Positions 47,406 to 57,941 of a DNA stretch of 64,000 bases are shown here, one piece after another. Below the pieces are notes generated by a model, which was given only the letters and a program-made list of their open reading frames with translations, had not been told where the DNA came from and did not search any database. Both the position numbers and the translations under genes were made by a program. Every line of letters starts with the position of its first letter. Positions within the stretch are counted from its first letter, which is position 1. The DNA is from Spirochaetia bacterium (GTDB lineage Bacteria > Spirochaetota > Spirochaetia > CADAEX01), in NCBI GenBank assembly GCA_963662265.2, contig CAXXHA010000010.1:64001-128000 (forward strand), read 5' to 3'.

Positions 47406-49094
47406 TTACATAATCAGGTCAAGATTAACTTCTGATGCAGTACATGGAACACCAATACCCCAGTTTTCAAGCACTGCAGGATGAACCTCGCCCATAATAC
47501 CTACAACTTTGCCGTCTGACACTATGTTTGCACATCTTCCCGGTATAAACCTGGGGTCTTCAGCCTCTTCCAGCTTGTAATCTTTGGAAAGATAGAAAAA
47601 GAGAGCTGAAACCTGTGAACTTACACTGTTGAAGTTGGCACTTCTGTCGGCAGAGAGAAATCCGAGTGAGTTTATTGTACTCACACCGTAGTTTTCCTCA
47701 TCGTTGATAAGAGCAATCTTTCCGGTTTCAAAAATATTGTGAGGATACACAGCATTACCGGAAACAGACTCGGAATTGAGAAGGCACGGTATTACAGAAG
47801 GTCTCACATATTCAAAATTCTCACTCATCGGGTTTGAAATCTGAACAGTATCCTTCCCTTCAATATTCATCTTTGCAATATAGTCCTTACCTGATCCGAG
47901 GTAGTTGTAGACCATTTCCTGGAATCCCAGGCCAACAAGAATATTCTTTACTTCCCTTGCAAAAAGAGATTCAGGAGTAAGAGCACCCTTTGTAAAATCG
48001 TCAGGCATTATCTGGTTGAAGTTAGCCATACCCTTGCCGATCATGATGTCTTCAATAATATCCACAGGGTGGAGAAAGTCGTTTCTGTATTCTGCAGGGT
48101 AGAGCTTAAGAATATCTCCCTTTACTTCTATCTTGCATCCCAGCTTTTCACCGAGATCAGCTGCCTGCCGGGGAGTGAAATTCTCACCGAGGAGCTTGTT
48201 GACATATGCTATTTCAACTTCAACCGGCTCCTGGAAATAGAAAGGTACAGTTACCTCTTTTCCGAGAGGAGTGTCATAGGGATAGACTGTTTTTACAGGG
48301 AGTATTTCATATCCTGCATCTGCAAGGTCGCATGCAACAATTGATGCTGCAAGCACGAGAGAATACTGCTCTGTTCCTGTCATCTCAATGAAAAGCTCTT
48401 TATCTCCGACTTCTACAGCTCCGAGATCGTTGCTGTTGATAATTGGAGGAAAGCTTAATGTGGCACCTTCTGATCCTGTTATATGGGGATATTTTTCAAA
48501 ACCTTCAACAATATGTCCATATTCCTGCCCCTTTGGATGATCTTTAAGAATTTCCTTCAATGACATTTCCCTGTCAAATGTAAGGGGAACAAATTTAGTC
48601 GCATCAGGATCAGCTGCATTGTATTTTACAGGGTATGAGAAGAGGTCACTTCTATAGACACCCATTGCAATTGCTTTTCTCTTCTGGCCGAAGTTCCAGC
48701 AGAGCTTCTCCTGTGTCTGTATAATATCCTTGAGTGAGGAATCATCAATCCCTTTCCCCCGGATCGCAAACGCGGCAATATAGGGTCTTATGTTTTCAAG
48801 ACCGGGATCAACTTCAATTGTTCTGCCGCCGCAGTCTTTCACATCACCTTCTTTTGAGAAGAAAGGATATTCAGGTCTCATCCCCCCGAGGTAAACTCTG
48901 AGCTGACGTCCGAGTCCTGCTGTAGACCAGAGGTCAGGCCTGTTTGTATCGTTAAGCTCGATTTTAAGGATATCATCATCCTTTCCATCAAGCTCTGCTT
49001 TTGCAGATGAAAGTAGTGTTATGAAGTCATCACCTTCCACCTTTTTTCCCATATATCTGTAAAGAGTATCTTCATATACTTCAATTTTAGGCAT
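47406..49094 (-). CDS. pheT: Phenylalanine-tRNA ligase beta subunit, archaeal/eukaryal type
   Basis: 562 aa, starts MPKIEV; NRPDLWS, IRPYI, QEKL, PPIINS, YRND.LH.VD..ED, FIPGR, GEVHP.VL; no OB-fold or anticodon-binding domain. Confidence 0.95.
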   Translation of the reverse strand: MPKIEVYEDTLYRYMGKKVEGDDFITLLSSAKAELDGKDDDILKIELNDTNRPDLWSTAGLGRQLRVYLGGMRPEYPFFSKEGDVKDCGGRTIEVDPGLENIRPYIAAFAIRGKGIDDSSLKDIIQTQEKLCWNFGQKRKAIAMGVYRSDLFSYPVKYNAADPDATKFVPLTFDREMSLKEILKDHPKGQEYGHIVEGFEKYPHITGSEGATLSFPPIINSNDLGAVEVGDKELFIEMTGTEQYSLVLAASIVACDLADAGYEILPVKTVYPYDTPLGKEVTVPFYFQEPVEVEIAYVNKLLGENFTPRQAADLGEKLGCKIEVKGDILKLYPAEYRNDFLHPVDIIEDIMIGKGMANFNQIMPDDFTKGALTPESLFAREVKNILVGLGFQEMVYNYLGSGKDYIAKMNIEGKDTVQISNPMSENFEYVRPSVIPCLLNSESVSGNAVYPHNIFETGKIALINDEENYGVSTINSLGFLSADRSANFNSVSSQVSALFFYLSKDYKLEEAEDPRFIPGRCANIVSDGKVVGIMGEVHPAVLENWGIGVPCTASEVNLDLIM

Positions 49095-49095
49095 T

Positions 49096-50640
49096 CTATT
49101 TACTCCTTCTTAACCGGATGTGTTCAATATCGCTTGAAAAAAGCTCTCTAAGGTCATTGAGGCCCAGTGACATCAGGGCCATCCTGTCGATTCCGAGTCC
49201 CCATGCAAGAACAGGAACGCTTACACCCATTGCTTCTGTTACCTCGGGTCTGAAAATTCCAGCCCCGCCAAGCTCAAACCATCCCAGTACAGGATGCTTG
49301 ATATGAACCTCGACAGAAGGTTCTGTAAAAGGGAAGTAGCCGGGAACATACATGACTTCTGTAGCACCTGCAACTTCCTCTGCAAACATCTTGAGGAGTC
49401 CCAGAAGTGTCTGAAGGTTTACATCCTCGCCGAGAACTATACCTTCAGTCTGGTAGAAGTCTGAAAGGTGGGTCGCATCAACCTTGTCGTATCTGAAGCA
49501 TCTTGCTGTACCGAAGTATTTGCCCGGGATCTTTGCGTCTTTAAGCTGTTTTGCGGAAAGAACTGTTCCCTGGCTTCTCAGGATAAGTCTTTTTGTAAAA
49601 TCACGGTCAAAGTCGTAACCCCAGCCCCGGCTTCCAGTTTTCCAGCCGTTCTTGTGTGTTTCAGCAACCTGGTCAAGGTAGGGCTGCTCTATCTCTTTTG
49701 CACGGGTCGGAGATTTAACATGGTATACATCATGAATATCCCTTGCTGAGTGGAACTGAGGCATGAAAAGAGCATCGCAGTTCCAGAATTCTGTCTCTAC
49801 AAGAGGTCCGTCGAATTCCTCAAAACCGAGAGAAACAAGCTTGTCTTTTACACTGTCAAGAAAGAGTGAGTAGGGGTTGTGTCTTCCGAGGAGTACACGG
49901 GACGGAGGAGTGTTAACATTATAGCTTCTGAAAGACTTGTTTTTCCAGCTTCCGTCTGCAAGCATCTCAGGTGTGAGGGAACCTACTTCCTCGCCTGTAA
50001 CACCTTTCTCAACAAGTACTTTTGCCGCTTCCTTTCCTGCTGCAGTCACTTCATAGACAACATCTTCTCTCTCAACCATCTTGAAAGGGGAAGAGGATGC
50101 TCCCCTCTTCTTGCTGATTCCGCCTATTACTTTCTTTTCATCATCTGTAAGATCAGCTTCCGCTATTTCGCCGGATTCTGAAGAAACAGCCTTGTCAAGA
50201 ATAGATCTTACAGCTTTCATTGAAGGAGAAATTTCACCGCTCTTCATTGAAGCTTTCTTTTCACCATCCATTGCAAGGAGGCCTTCCTTAGACATTGATC
50301 CGAATGCTGTTCCTGTATCTTTGTTTTCAAGGCCGAGCTCTTTTGTAATTTCAGGAAGAGTCATTGCCCCTTTTTCCTTTATAAGTGCAAAGATTCTTTC
50401 CCTGTGAGTCCCGTTTTTCTGAAAGTCACGTCCAAAATCTGTAATTTCAAAAAATATTTTAAGAGTTCTGTTTTTTTCCTCAATAAGTTCTTTTGCAGCA
50501 AGCCAGCTGAATGCCTGGTTGCACTGTCCGAGTTTGAAGCCGAGTTCACTGATCAGCCTGTCTGATGTCAAAGCGCCTTCTCTGCAGTTAAGCAGAACCT
50601 TGACTTCCAGTGGATGCAGGTTTTTGATGTCCAGATCCAT
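49096..50640 (-). CDS. pheS: Phenylalanine-tRNA ligase alpha subunit, archaeal/eukaryal type
   Basis: 514 aa with long N-terminal domains; FWNCDALFMPQFH.ARD, FRYD.VDATH, YFPFTEPS, G.FRPE, AWGLGIDR. Confidence 0.96.
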   Translation of the reverse strand: MDLDIKNLHPLEVKVLLNCREGALTSDRLISELGFKLGQCNQAFSWLAAKELIEEKNRTLKIFFEITDFGRDFQKNGTHRERIFALIKEKGAMTLPEITKELGLENKDTGTAFGSMSKEGLLAMDGEKKASMKSGEISPSMKAVRSILDKAVSSESGEIAEADLTDDEKKVIGGISKKRGASSSPFKMVEREDVVYEVTAAGKEAAKVLVEKGVTGEEVGSLTPEMLADGSWKNKSFRSYNVNTPPSRVLLGRHNPYSLFLDSVKDKLVSLGFEEFDGPLVETEFWNCDALFMPQFHSARDIHDVYHVKSPTRAKEIEQPYLDQVAETHKNGWKTGSRGWGYDFDRDFTKRLILRSQGTVLSAKQLKDAKIPGKYFGTARCFRYDKVDATHLSDFYQTEGIVLGEDVNLQTLLGLLKMFAEEVAGATEVMYVPGYFPFTEPSVEVHIKHPVLGWFELGGAGIFRPEVTEAMGVSVPVLAWGLGIDRMALMSLGLNDLRELFSSDIEHIRLRRSK

Positions 50641-50906
50641 GTCTATCTCCTATTTAATTGTATTGCTCCGGTAAATAACCGGAATGCTCCTGGAGCTTAA
50701 GAAACCGCTGAAAAATAATATCAGAGGAATATTGCACATCAGGGGCAGAAAACCTTGCCAGGGACAGGCCTGTTTGCTGCGATGCATCTGCACCGCAGGG
50801 CACCCGGCACCCGAAGGGCACGGTACACCTGAAAAGACATATCCTGTTGCAGGTTATGGAAGTATGTGTCCGTTTCCCGGACAACTAAAAAACTTCCTGT
50901 AAATAT

Positions 50907-50931
50907 GAAAAACAGGGACTCTGCCCTGTTT
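50907..50931 (-). terminator. Stem-loop with U tail between the TIGR00300 gene and pheS
   Basis: Minus strand AAACAGGG-cagagt-CCCTGTTTTT. Confidence 0.55.
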
Positions 50932-51147
50932 ATAATCTAAATCAAAGTTATTACATGCAGTATATATAGATGATATTTATTCATTCTCCGCATCTACAAC
51001 ACGCATAAACATACTAAATATGGCGGAAACTGTATATCTCTGCAAAGAAACATATAATATCTGATGCTAATATTTATACATTTTTTTCAGATAAAATCCA
51101 GTTGCAGATCTTATACCGAAAAACAGTTTTAACAGAAAAACATCATA

Positions 51148-52368
51148 TTATTCTGAAAATCCCGGAACACACCTTCGCGCCACAGCTCTCAGGAAAAGTC
51201 CCACATCGCTTACAATACCGACAGCCTGGCTTGATCCCCTGTCTGCCAGTTTTGTAACAACAGCAGGATTGATATCTATACATACTGTCTTGACATGGGA
51301 AGGCATCATATTGCCTGTACCTATCGCGTGAAGCATTGTTGAAAGCATGATAATCATGGAAGCATCCTTGATAATATCTGCATACTGCTTCTGAGCTTCA
51401 ATCATATCTGTAACTGTTTCAGGGAGAGGGCCGTCATCCCTTATTGAACCTGCAAGGCAGTAGGGAATACCGGATTTTACAACTTCGTACATTACACCGC
51501 GGTCAAGTCCCCCCTCTTCGACAGCATCTTTAATAGAACCGTATGTATTAATCCTGTTTATAGTTCTCATATGGTTTTTATGACCTTCCCTGGTAGGTTT
51601 TCCAGACTTCTGACAAACACCGAGAGAAGTACCGAAGAAAACAGATTCCATGTCATGGACAGCTATCGCGTTTCCTGCCAGAAAACCGTTTATAAAGCCA
51701 GATTTAACAAGCGAAGCAAGCGCTGAAGCGCCGCCTGAATGTATAACAACAGGACCTGCAACAACAACAACCTTTTCCCCGTTTTCCTTCATCTTCATTA
51801 TTTCTTCAGCGATCTTGGTGACTGTGCAGTCAGCTGATCTCTCAGAAGATACATCGCCGGACATAAAACCGAAATCCTCCCCTTCCCTGTCTCTTGCAGG
51901 GGGAAAAACACGGACAGAATCAGACTGGCAGAGTACCATGTCGCCCTTTTTGACATCCCTGAGTTTAATACATTCAAACCCGCTGTCTCTGAGCACAATA
52001 ACAGCATCCATCCTCTGATTTGTTACAGAATGCCATTTTTTATCATGATAAACCTCTGTTCTGTGGTTTGTAGTTGAGTAAAAATCTTCAGGAACACATT
52101 TATCCTTCTCTGTCTCTTTAAGAACTGCTTCAGGAGTATTTTTCTCATAACAGCCGAGAGGTATGAGCTTTGAAGTTATTTCTGCAATTTTTTCTTCATT
52201 TTCAGCAATCAGATCGATATCAAGGTGGGACTCACGCGCATTTGTCTTGCCCACTTTAAAACTGATAATTTCATAATCAGCACCTTCTTCAACAATCATA
52301 TTGAGAATCTGTGCAAGCATTCCTGAATCTATCAGATGTCCATCAGAAATAAATCTTCTTTTCTTCAT
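51148..52368 (-). CDS. TIGR00300 / LOR-SDH family protein (ArgZ/AgrE C-terminal-type ornithine cyclodeaminase); start moved to 52368
   Basis: GHLIDSG, P.DFYSTTNH.T, QRMD, F.FM...VSSER, GPVVIH.G, GNA.AVHD.E...GTSLG, LAGSIRDDGPLP, MLH.IG.GNM, DINP..VTKL.DRGS. Confidence 0.88.
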   Translation of the reverse strand: MKKRRFISDGHLIDSGMLAQILNMIVEEGADYEIISFKVGKTNARESHLDIDLIAENEEKIAEITSKLIPLGCYEKNTPEAVLKETEKDKCVPEDFYSTTNHRTEVYHDKKWHSVTNQRMDAVIVLRDSGFECIKLRDVKKGDMVLCQSDSVRVFPPARDREGEDFGFMSGDVSSERSADCTVTKIAEEIMKMKENGEKVVVVAGPVVIHSGGASALASLVKSGFINGFLAGNAIAVHDMESVFFGTSLGVCQKSGKPTREGHKNHMRTINRINTYGSIKDAVEEGGLDRGVMYEVVKSGIPYCLAGSIRDDGPLPETVTDMIEAQKQYADIIKDASMIIMLSTMLHAIGTGNMMPSHVKTVCIDINPAVVTKLADRGSSQAVGIVSDVGLFLRAVARRCVPGFSE

Positions 52369-52415
52369 ACTTTTCCCCTGTATTGTTCCGGTTCGATAGA
52401 CTGTAGAAAACCGGG

Positions 52416-54554
52416 CTATTTTTTTCTCATTATCCAGCATCTGTGGATAGTTTTATTGCGGCTGAAATCAGCAGAAAAACTTTTTTCAGTAATATCTTCT
52501 ATTAAAAATTCCTCATCAAGCACGCTGTCCAGTTTAAACTTTTTATAATTATTAGAAAATATTATTTCCCCGTTATTTGCAAGTCTTTTTCCCGCCTGTA
52601 TAAGCATTTCAGCATGGTCCCTCTGGATATCAAAATCGTTTTCTCTGCTCTTGGAGTTTGAAAATGTCGGAGGATCTATAAAAATAAGATCAAATTTCTC
52701 TTTTCCCTTTTCAAGGTATTCTATTGAATCCTGTTTCTGGAAATAGGTCTTGTCGAGAGGAATACTGTTCAGCTGGAAATTTTTTATACCCCATTCAAGG
52801 TAATTGGCAGATGTATCAACATTTACAGTTCTCTTCGCCCCCCCTGCTGCTGCATAAACCGAGGCTGTACAGGTATAGGCAAAGAGATTCAGAAAGGATT
52901 TTCCCGATGCTTTTTCCCGGATCATGTTTCTCACAACCCTGTGGTCAAGAAATATTCCGGTATCAAGATAATCTTTGAAATTCACATAAAAAGAGAGTCC
53001 CCCCTCATTCATAACCTCATATTCCCCGGAACTGTCAAGCCTTGTGTACTGGGAGGATGATTTCTGCCTCTTTCTCTGCCTTATGAATATTCTATCCCTT
53101 TCAATTTCAAGAACAGAAGAGAGTTTTTTAACCATATCCATGAGCCGCTTCTCAGCTTTCCCGGCAGGTATTTCCCTGGGCGGCTGATATTCCTGAAGAT
53201 ATACAAACGCATTCTCATAAAGGTCTACAGCTGCAGAATACTCGGGGATATCAGCATCGTAAATCCGGTAGCTTGTCACACCCTCTTTCTTAGCCCATTT
53301 TCTTATATTTTTAAGATTCTTCCTTAGCCGGTTCTCAAAGACTACAGCACCTTTTGTATTGTCTTTTTCACCCTTACTCGCTTTCCTGTAGCTGCTGTCA
53401 AGCTCGAAAACAGATGCTGTACATTTGATAGGCCCGTTGTAAACAGTGTTTACCCTGACAGGCTTTAGGCCGAATTTTCTCGAAAGTTCACCTTCGCCTG
53501 TTATAATACATGCTTTCCACCCGTCAAATGATGATTTAAGAATTTCTCCGGTTTCCCTGTAGAGATTTTTAAGAGCCTCGACTTCACCGAGCCTTTCTCC
53601 GTATGGGGGATTGAATGCAATAAGCCCTTTCTTGCTCCTGTTCCTGTAGTTTTCAGGAAGTTTAAGAATATCGCCCTGCTTTACAGTTATCCACCTTGTC
53701 AGGGAGAGGTTTTCAACATTTGCTCTTGCAGCATTGACAGCTTTCATGCTCAGGTCAAAGCCGGTGAATCGGCATTTTGACAGGTGTTCGGGAGATGCTG
53801 CTTTTTCAGCTGTTTTTTTAAGATTTTCCAATACATCAGGTTTAAAAACAGAATAATTTTTAAAACAGAAATATTCCCTGTTAATAGAAGGGGATATATT
53901 TGCAGCAATAAGAGCAGCTTCAATAAGAAAAGTCCCGCTTCCGCACATTGGATCAAGAAAAGCAGCCCCTTTTAGAGACATTTCATCCCATCCGCTTCTA
54001 AGAAGCAGCCCTGCTGCAACATTTTCCTTGATGGGAGCTTCTGTCTTCTCTATCCTGTAGCCTCTCTGGTGAAGGGAATTACCCGACATATCAAGACTTA
54101 TAACAGCATTATTCCTGTCAGCAAACAGATTTAACCTTATATCAGGATGATCCTTGCTTACAGAGGGACGGAGGTTTGTTTTTTTTCTGAAATAATCAGC
54201 TATGCCGTCTTTTACAACAAGAGAAAGATATGATGAGTTTTTGAATTTAGCCCCTATGGTAGTTGAATCTATAAAAATACTCTTATCAGGAGAAAACCAC
54301 TCATCCCATTCTATGCCGAGGACTGCGTTGTAGATATCTTTCTCAGTTTCAGCTTCAAAAGATTCAAGCTGAAGAAGCAGCCGCCCCCCGATCCTTGTCC
54401 AGAGGCATATATTCATCCCCTCCTCAAACGAAGCGTTAAAATATACACCGCCCCTGCTTTCTGTTGCGGTAAATATACCAAGAGTCTCAAGTTCTTTAAC
54501 CAGGAGATTTTCAAATCCGCCCGGACATGTAAGAAAATACTTATATTCAGCCAT
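52416..54554 (-). CDS. rlmKL: Bifunctional 23S rRNA methyltransferase RlmKL
   Basis: THUMP, LHQRGYR, APIKE, DPMCGSG, NPPYGER, NRLRKN, YR.YDAD.PEY, DYLDTG.FLDHR, LNLFAYT, FIDPPTFSNSK. Confidence 0.95.
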   Translation of the reverse strand: MAEYKYFLTCPGGFENLLVKELETLGIFTATESRGGVYFNASFEEGMNICLWTRIGGRLLLQLESFEAETEKDIYNAVLGIEWDEWFSPDKSIFIDSTTIGAKFKNSSYLSLVVKDGIADYFRKKTNLRPSVSKDHPDIRLNLFADRNNAVISLDMSGNSLHQRGYRIEKTEAPIKENVAAGLLLRSGWDEMSLKGAAFLDPMCGSGTFLIEAALIAANISPSINREYFCFKNYSVFKPDVLENLKKTAEKAASPEHLSKCRFTGFDLSMKAVNAARANVENLSLTRWITVKQGDILKLPENYRNRSKKGLIAFNPPYGERLGEVEALKNLYRETGEILKSSFDGWKACIITGEGELSRKFGLKPVRVNTVYNGPIKCTASVFELDSSYRKASKGEKDNTKGAVVFENRLRKNLKNIRKWAKKEGVTSYRIYDADIPEYSAAVDLYENAFVYLQEYQPPREIPAGKAEKRLMDMVKKLSSVLEIERDRIFIRQRKRQKSSSQYTRLDSSGEYEVMNEGGLSFYVNFKDYLDTGIFLDHRVVRNMIREKASGKSFLNLFAYTCTASVYAAAGGAKRTVNVDTSANYLEWGIKNFQLNSIPLDKTYFQKQDSIEYLEKGKEKFDLIFIDPPTFSNSKSRENDFDIQRDHAEMLIQAGKRLANNGEIIFSNNYKKFKLDSVLDEEFLIEDITEKSFSADFSRNKTIHRCWIMRKK

Positions 54555-54684
54555 TATCCCTGTTCTTTTATCTATTACCTGATATATGTTTTTAAAAGCA
54601 TGCTGTTATCCATACAAAGCAGCTTATCAGAAAAATCCCTTATCTATGCCTGTATTTATCTTTACAGTTTATTTTACAGGCAGA

Positions 54685-55794
54685 TCAGACATTAAAACGA
54701 AAATGCATGATATCCCCGTCTTTAACAATATATTCCTTCCCTTCAATCCTGAGCTTGCCTGCGCTTTTAACACTCTGCTCAGTTCCATATTCAACAAGAT
54801 CATCATAGTGAAATACTTCCGCCTTGATAAATCCCTTTTCAAAGTCTGTATGAATAACACCTGCTGCCTGGGGAGCCTTATCACCGTTATGAAATGTCCA
54901 GGCTCTTACTTCCTGCTCCCCTGCTGTAAAATATGTTCTTAAGCCTAAAAGCTCATACCCGGCATGAATCAGCTTTACAAGACCTGATTCCTGAAGCCCA
55001 ACATCTGCAAGGAATTCATCCTTCTCCTCCTGTGTTTCAAGAGATGCAATCTCAGCTTCAAGCTTTCCGCATATTACAATTGCTTCAGAACCTTCAGATT
55101 CAGCAAGTTTTTTTACATCGTCAACATAGGAATTCCCGGAAACAACGCTGTCCTCATCTACATTGCATACATAGAGCTGTTTTTTCAGAGTTATAAGATG
55201 AAGATCCCGGAGCAGCAGAAGCTGCTCATCTGTAAAATCAATTGATCTTGCAGGTTTTCCCTCGGAAAGAACTTCAATTAACTGGTCAAGAAGCCCCTTG
55301 ATCTGGTTGGCTTCCTTTGCAGCCTCCTTACTCAGGCTTTTTGACTGTTTTTCATTCTTTACTTTTCTCTTCTCGACAGTTTCAAGATCTGCGAGAGCAA
55401 GCTCTATATTGATTGTTTCAATATCAGAAAGAGGATCAATATTTCCGCTTACATGGGTAATATCATCATCTTCAAAACACCTGACAACCTGGACAATAAC
55501 TCCAACCTGCCTGATATGGGAAAGAAACTTGTTTCCAAGTCCTTCACCCTGTGATGCCCCCTTTACAAGCCCTGCAATATCTACAAATTCAACAATTGCC
55601 GGAATAGTTTTCTTTGGTACGATTAATTCGGTAATTTTATTAAGCCTGGCATCGGGAATACTTACAATTCCCACATTAGGCTCTATTGTACAAAAAGGAT
55701 AATTGGCTGCCTCTGCAGGTGCAGAAGTAATAGCCTGAAAAATTGTGGATTTCCCTACATTGGGAAGACCTACTATACCGCAGTTAAGACCCAT
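54685..55794 (-). CDS. ychF: Ribosome-associated ATPase YchF
   Basis: GIVGLPNVGKST, ANYPFCTIEPN, DIAGLV.GAS.GEGLGN.FL, AP.AAG.IH.DF..GFI.AE, FRFNV. Confidence 0.97.
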   Translation of the reverse strand: MGLNCGIVGLPNVGKSTIFQAITSAPAEAANYPFCTIEPNVGIVSIPDARLNKITELIVPKKTIPAIVEFVDIAGLVKGASQGEGLGNKFLSHIRQVGVIVQVVRCFEDDDITHVSGNIDPLSDIETINIELALADLETVEKRKVKNEKQSKSLSKEAAKEANQIKGLLDQLIEVLSEGKPARSIDFTDEQLLLLRDLHLITLKKQLYVCNVDEDSVVSGNSYVDDVKKLAESEGSEAIVICGKLEAEIASLETQEEKDEFLADVGLQESGLVKLIHAGYELLGLRTYFTAGEQEVRAWTFHNGDKAPQAAGVIHTDFEKGFIKAEVFHYDDLVEYGTEQSVKSAGKLRIEGKEYIVKDGDIMHFRFNV

Positions 55795-56121
55795 TTATTT
55801 TCTCCAGTAATTAAAATCAGGGATGTTTTCAGATTATTTTAAAAGACAGAAATACGGCTGACAACTCAGACATAATTCCCGGAATTTTGAATCCCCGTTA
55901 AATTATTCAGTTTTAAAGTTATTTTTAATGTTTTTAATCATAAAACATTTCAAAAAATGAAAAATATTCAGGACAGAAAAAGTTCTGCAGACCTGCCGGA
56001 GGCATAAAGTTTCATTATCAATTAAAAATAAGTTTCGATACTGCATAGATTTGCCTGAAATCTGAACATAGAGGACATTATAACTGTTATTGCAATGAGT
56101 TTCTATCTGTCTTGCTGTGAT

Positions 56122-56634
56122 TTATTCCGTATTTTTTATAACCATGACCTCGGAAAAGCCTTCCCGGGTTTCAGGATATGCTATTCTGGCAGAAAGATTG
56201 GCAATGAGACTCTCGGGAACAATATCATCCTTATCCTGAGATCTGTTCCTCTCCATACATAAAGACAGTTCAGTATCAAGAAACACGGCTGATATCTTTT
56301 TCTTCATCTTTCTAGCAATGCTTATATAGTCGGTTCTTGATTTTTCTGAGACACTAATATTATCAATAAGAACTTTTTCATTATTGAAAAGTATATGTTC
56401 GATAATTTTCTTTTCAATGAATTTTACAAGAAGTTCCTCATTTTCGCAGAACATGTCAGCAGTCCATTTATCATTGAAGCTGAACATTTCATAGAGATGT
56501 TTCCTGATTTCTTTGCGGTTCACCCTTTTCCTGCCTGATTTTCTGAAATATTTTCTGGCAAAATGGGATTTACCCGCACCGGGCAAGCCGCATAAAAGTA
56601 TTATATCGCTCTTCCTGAGCTGTTCCAGAGTCAT
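56122..56634 (-). CDS. AAA_33 / polynucleotide-kinase-like P-loop kinase
   Basis: LLCGLPGAGKS, VLIDN, C.ERN..., VPE, P...EGF; GGAGG SD. Confidence 0.8.
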   Translation of the reverse strand: MTLEQLRKSDIILLCGLPGAGKSHFARKYFRKSGRKRVNRKEIRKHLYEMFSFNDKWTADMFCENEELLVKFIEKKIIEHILFNNEKVLIDNISVSEKSRTDYISIARKMKKKISAVFLDTELSLCMERNRSQDKDDIVPESLIANLSARIAYPETREGFSEVMVIKNTE

Positions 56635-56806
56635 TTAACAGCCTCCATATTTTAACTCTATGAATTAAATACAGCAGCAACTGTGTTGCTGATTAAATTA
56701 TATATCGGCAGATAACAATATTATCTGAAACAGCCTGAAAATTATCTGGAACAGTCCTGCTGAAAAACATCAGCACTGATCCTTTTAATATAAAAACAAT
56801 AGATAC

Positions 56807-57934
56807 CTACACAGGAACAAGGGAAACTTTCCTGCCGTTGTCCCTGAGACAGTTCTGCATATAGCTGTTATCAAGTTCGAGTCGGGATGAAAGTTCCCTG
56901 AGCTGCTCCTCTGTAATCAGGTTCTGCTCCGCAAAAAGATACATGAGTGCTTTTTCCGCAATATAATCAACATTGAGGGCATTCATGTTTATTACATCCC
57001 CTTCAACATCATCCACATATTTTTTATGGAAAAGGTTAAAAAGTTCCGACTTTTTGATATTATTGCGGATACAGTAAAGCTCATTCTGAAGCGGTTCAAT
57101 ATCGCCTTCGCCAGCTTTCTGCCCCATCGGTTTAAGAATCAGATAGGTATATTCCTTCCCCGGAAGATAATGATGCTCATCGCATCTTGTACAGTAGTTG
57201 GGTTCAGTTGATCCCTCCCCTTCCTTATCACCCCCGATAACTATCAGAGGATCAAAATAGAGAGCCGGGCACTCCTTTCCGTCAATTTTGTAGTATCGGT
57301 ATGTATAAAAAGAATCTATCATACAGTCGGGATGTTCGCAGTATGCTGTAAGAGGGAACAGGTTTGTGCTGTTTTCAAGCAGCAGCTGGGCAGTGGAGTT
57401 GAAAATATCCTTCCTGAAATTAAGGATCAGTGAGGGAAAAATAAAAACCAGACCCCTCTCCTCAGACTCCCTTTTAATCACATATGCAAGTCTTTCATCG
57501 TAAAAAGTCGCTTCATCTATAATCCATGTTCCGCATTCAGGATTTTCCCGGATGATTTTTTCAAGATCGAATGAATCTGCTATAACTGCAATGTTTTTTC
57601 CGCACCTTTCATAACCGCCTCTGAATGCAAGTGCATCATCCGGATAATCGGGAAAACGCTGCTTATCCAGCATGGTTCTTACAAAAAAGACATTACGCCT
57701 GTCAGCGCCGAATGTGGTTGTCATTGATCCCACCTGGTAGGATTTTTTCCTGATTACAGTGGAATCCCGCCACACCCTGGATGAGTATTCAGTTTTTCCC
57801 GATCCCATCGGGCCGATAACAAGGATACGCCTTCCCGGTTTGGAAAAATCAAAGTGATTGAATGAATGATGTATTTTAAGCTGGGGATATCCCAGACTTT
57901 TCATGAAACTGATATTCTCATTACTGCTAGCCAT
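56807..57934 (-). CDS. tdk: Thymidine kinase, long spirochaete type (start moved to 57934)
   Basis: GPMGSGKTE, WIIDEA.F, LNFR...F, L.AYCEHPDC and Y..RC..HH zinc ligands. Confidence 0.8.
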   Translation of the reverse strand: MASSNENISFMKSLGYPQLKIHHSFNHFDFSKPGRRILVIGPMGSGKTEYSSRVWRDSTVIRKKSYQVGSMTTTFGADRRNVFFVRTMLDKQRFPDYPDDALAFRGGYERCGKNIAVIADSFDLEKIIRENPECGTWIIDEATFYDERLAYVIKRESEERGLVFIFPSLILNFRKDIFNSTAQLLLENSTNLFPLTAYCEHPDCMIDSFYTYRYYKIDGKECPALYFDPLIVIGGDKEGEGSTEPNYCTRCDEHHYLPGKEYTYLILKPMGQKAGEGDIEPLQNELYCIRNNIKKSELFNLFHKKYVDDVEGDVINMNALNVDYIAEKALMYLFAEQNLITEEQLRELSSRLELDNSYMQNCLRDNGRKVSLVPV

Positions 57935-57941
57935 GAGAAAC

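Noticed and set aside
50795-50835. T-box antiterminator upstream of pheS (AGGTGTACCGTG on the minus strand)
   Set aside because: It lacks the essential UGGN (reads GGTG-TACC), has no recognisable Stem I or Phe specifier, and no U-tailed terminator follows.
50938-51145. PheM-like leader peptide
   Set aside because: The short minus-strand ORFs (MNKYHLYILHVITLI, MFLCRDIQFPPYLVCLCVL, MMFFC) lack a convincing Phe run together with a well-spaced SD.
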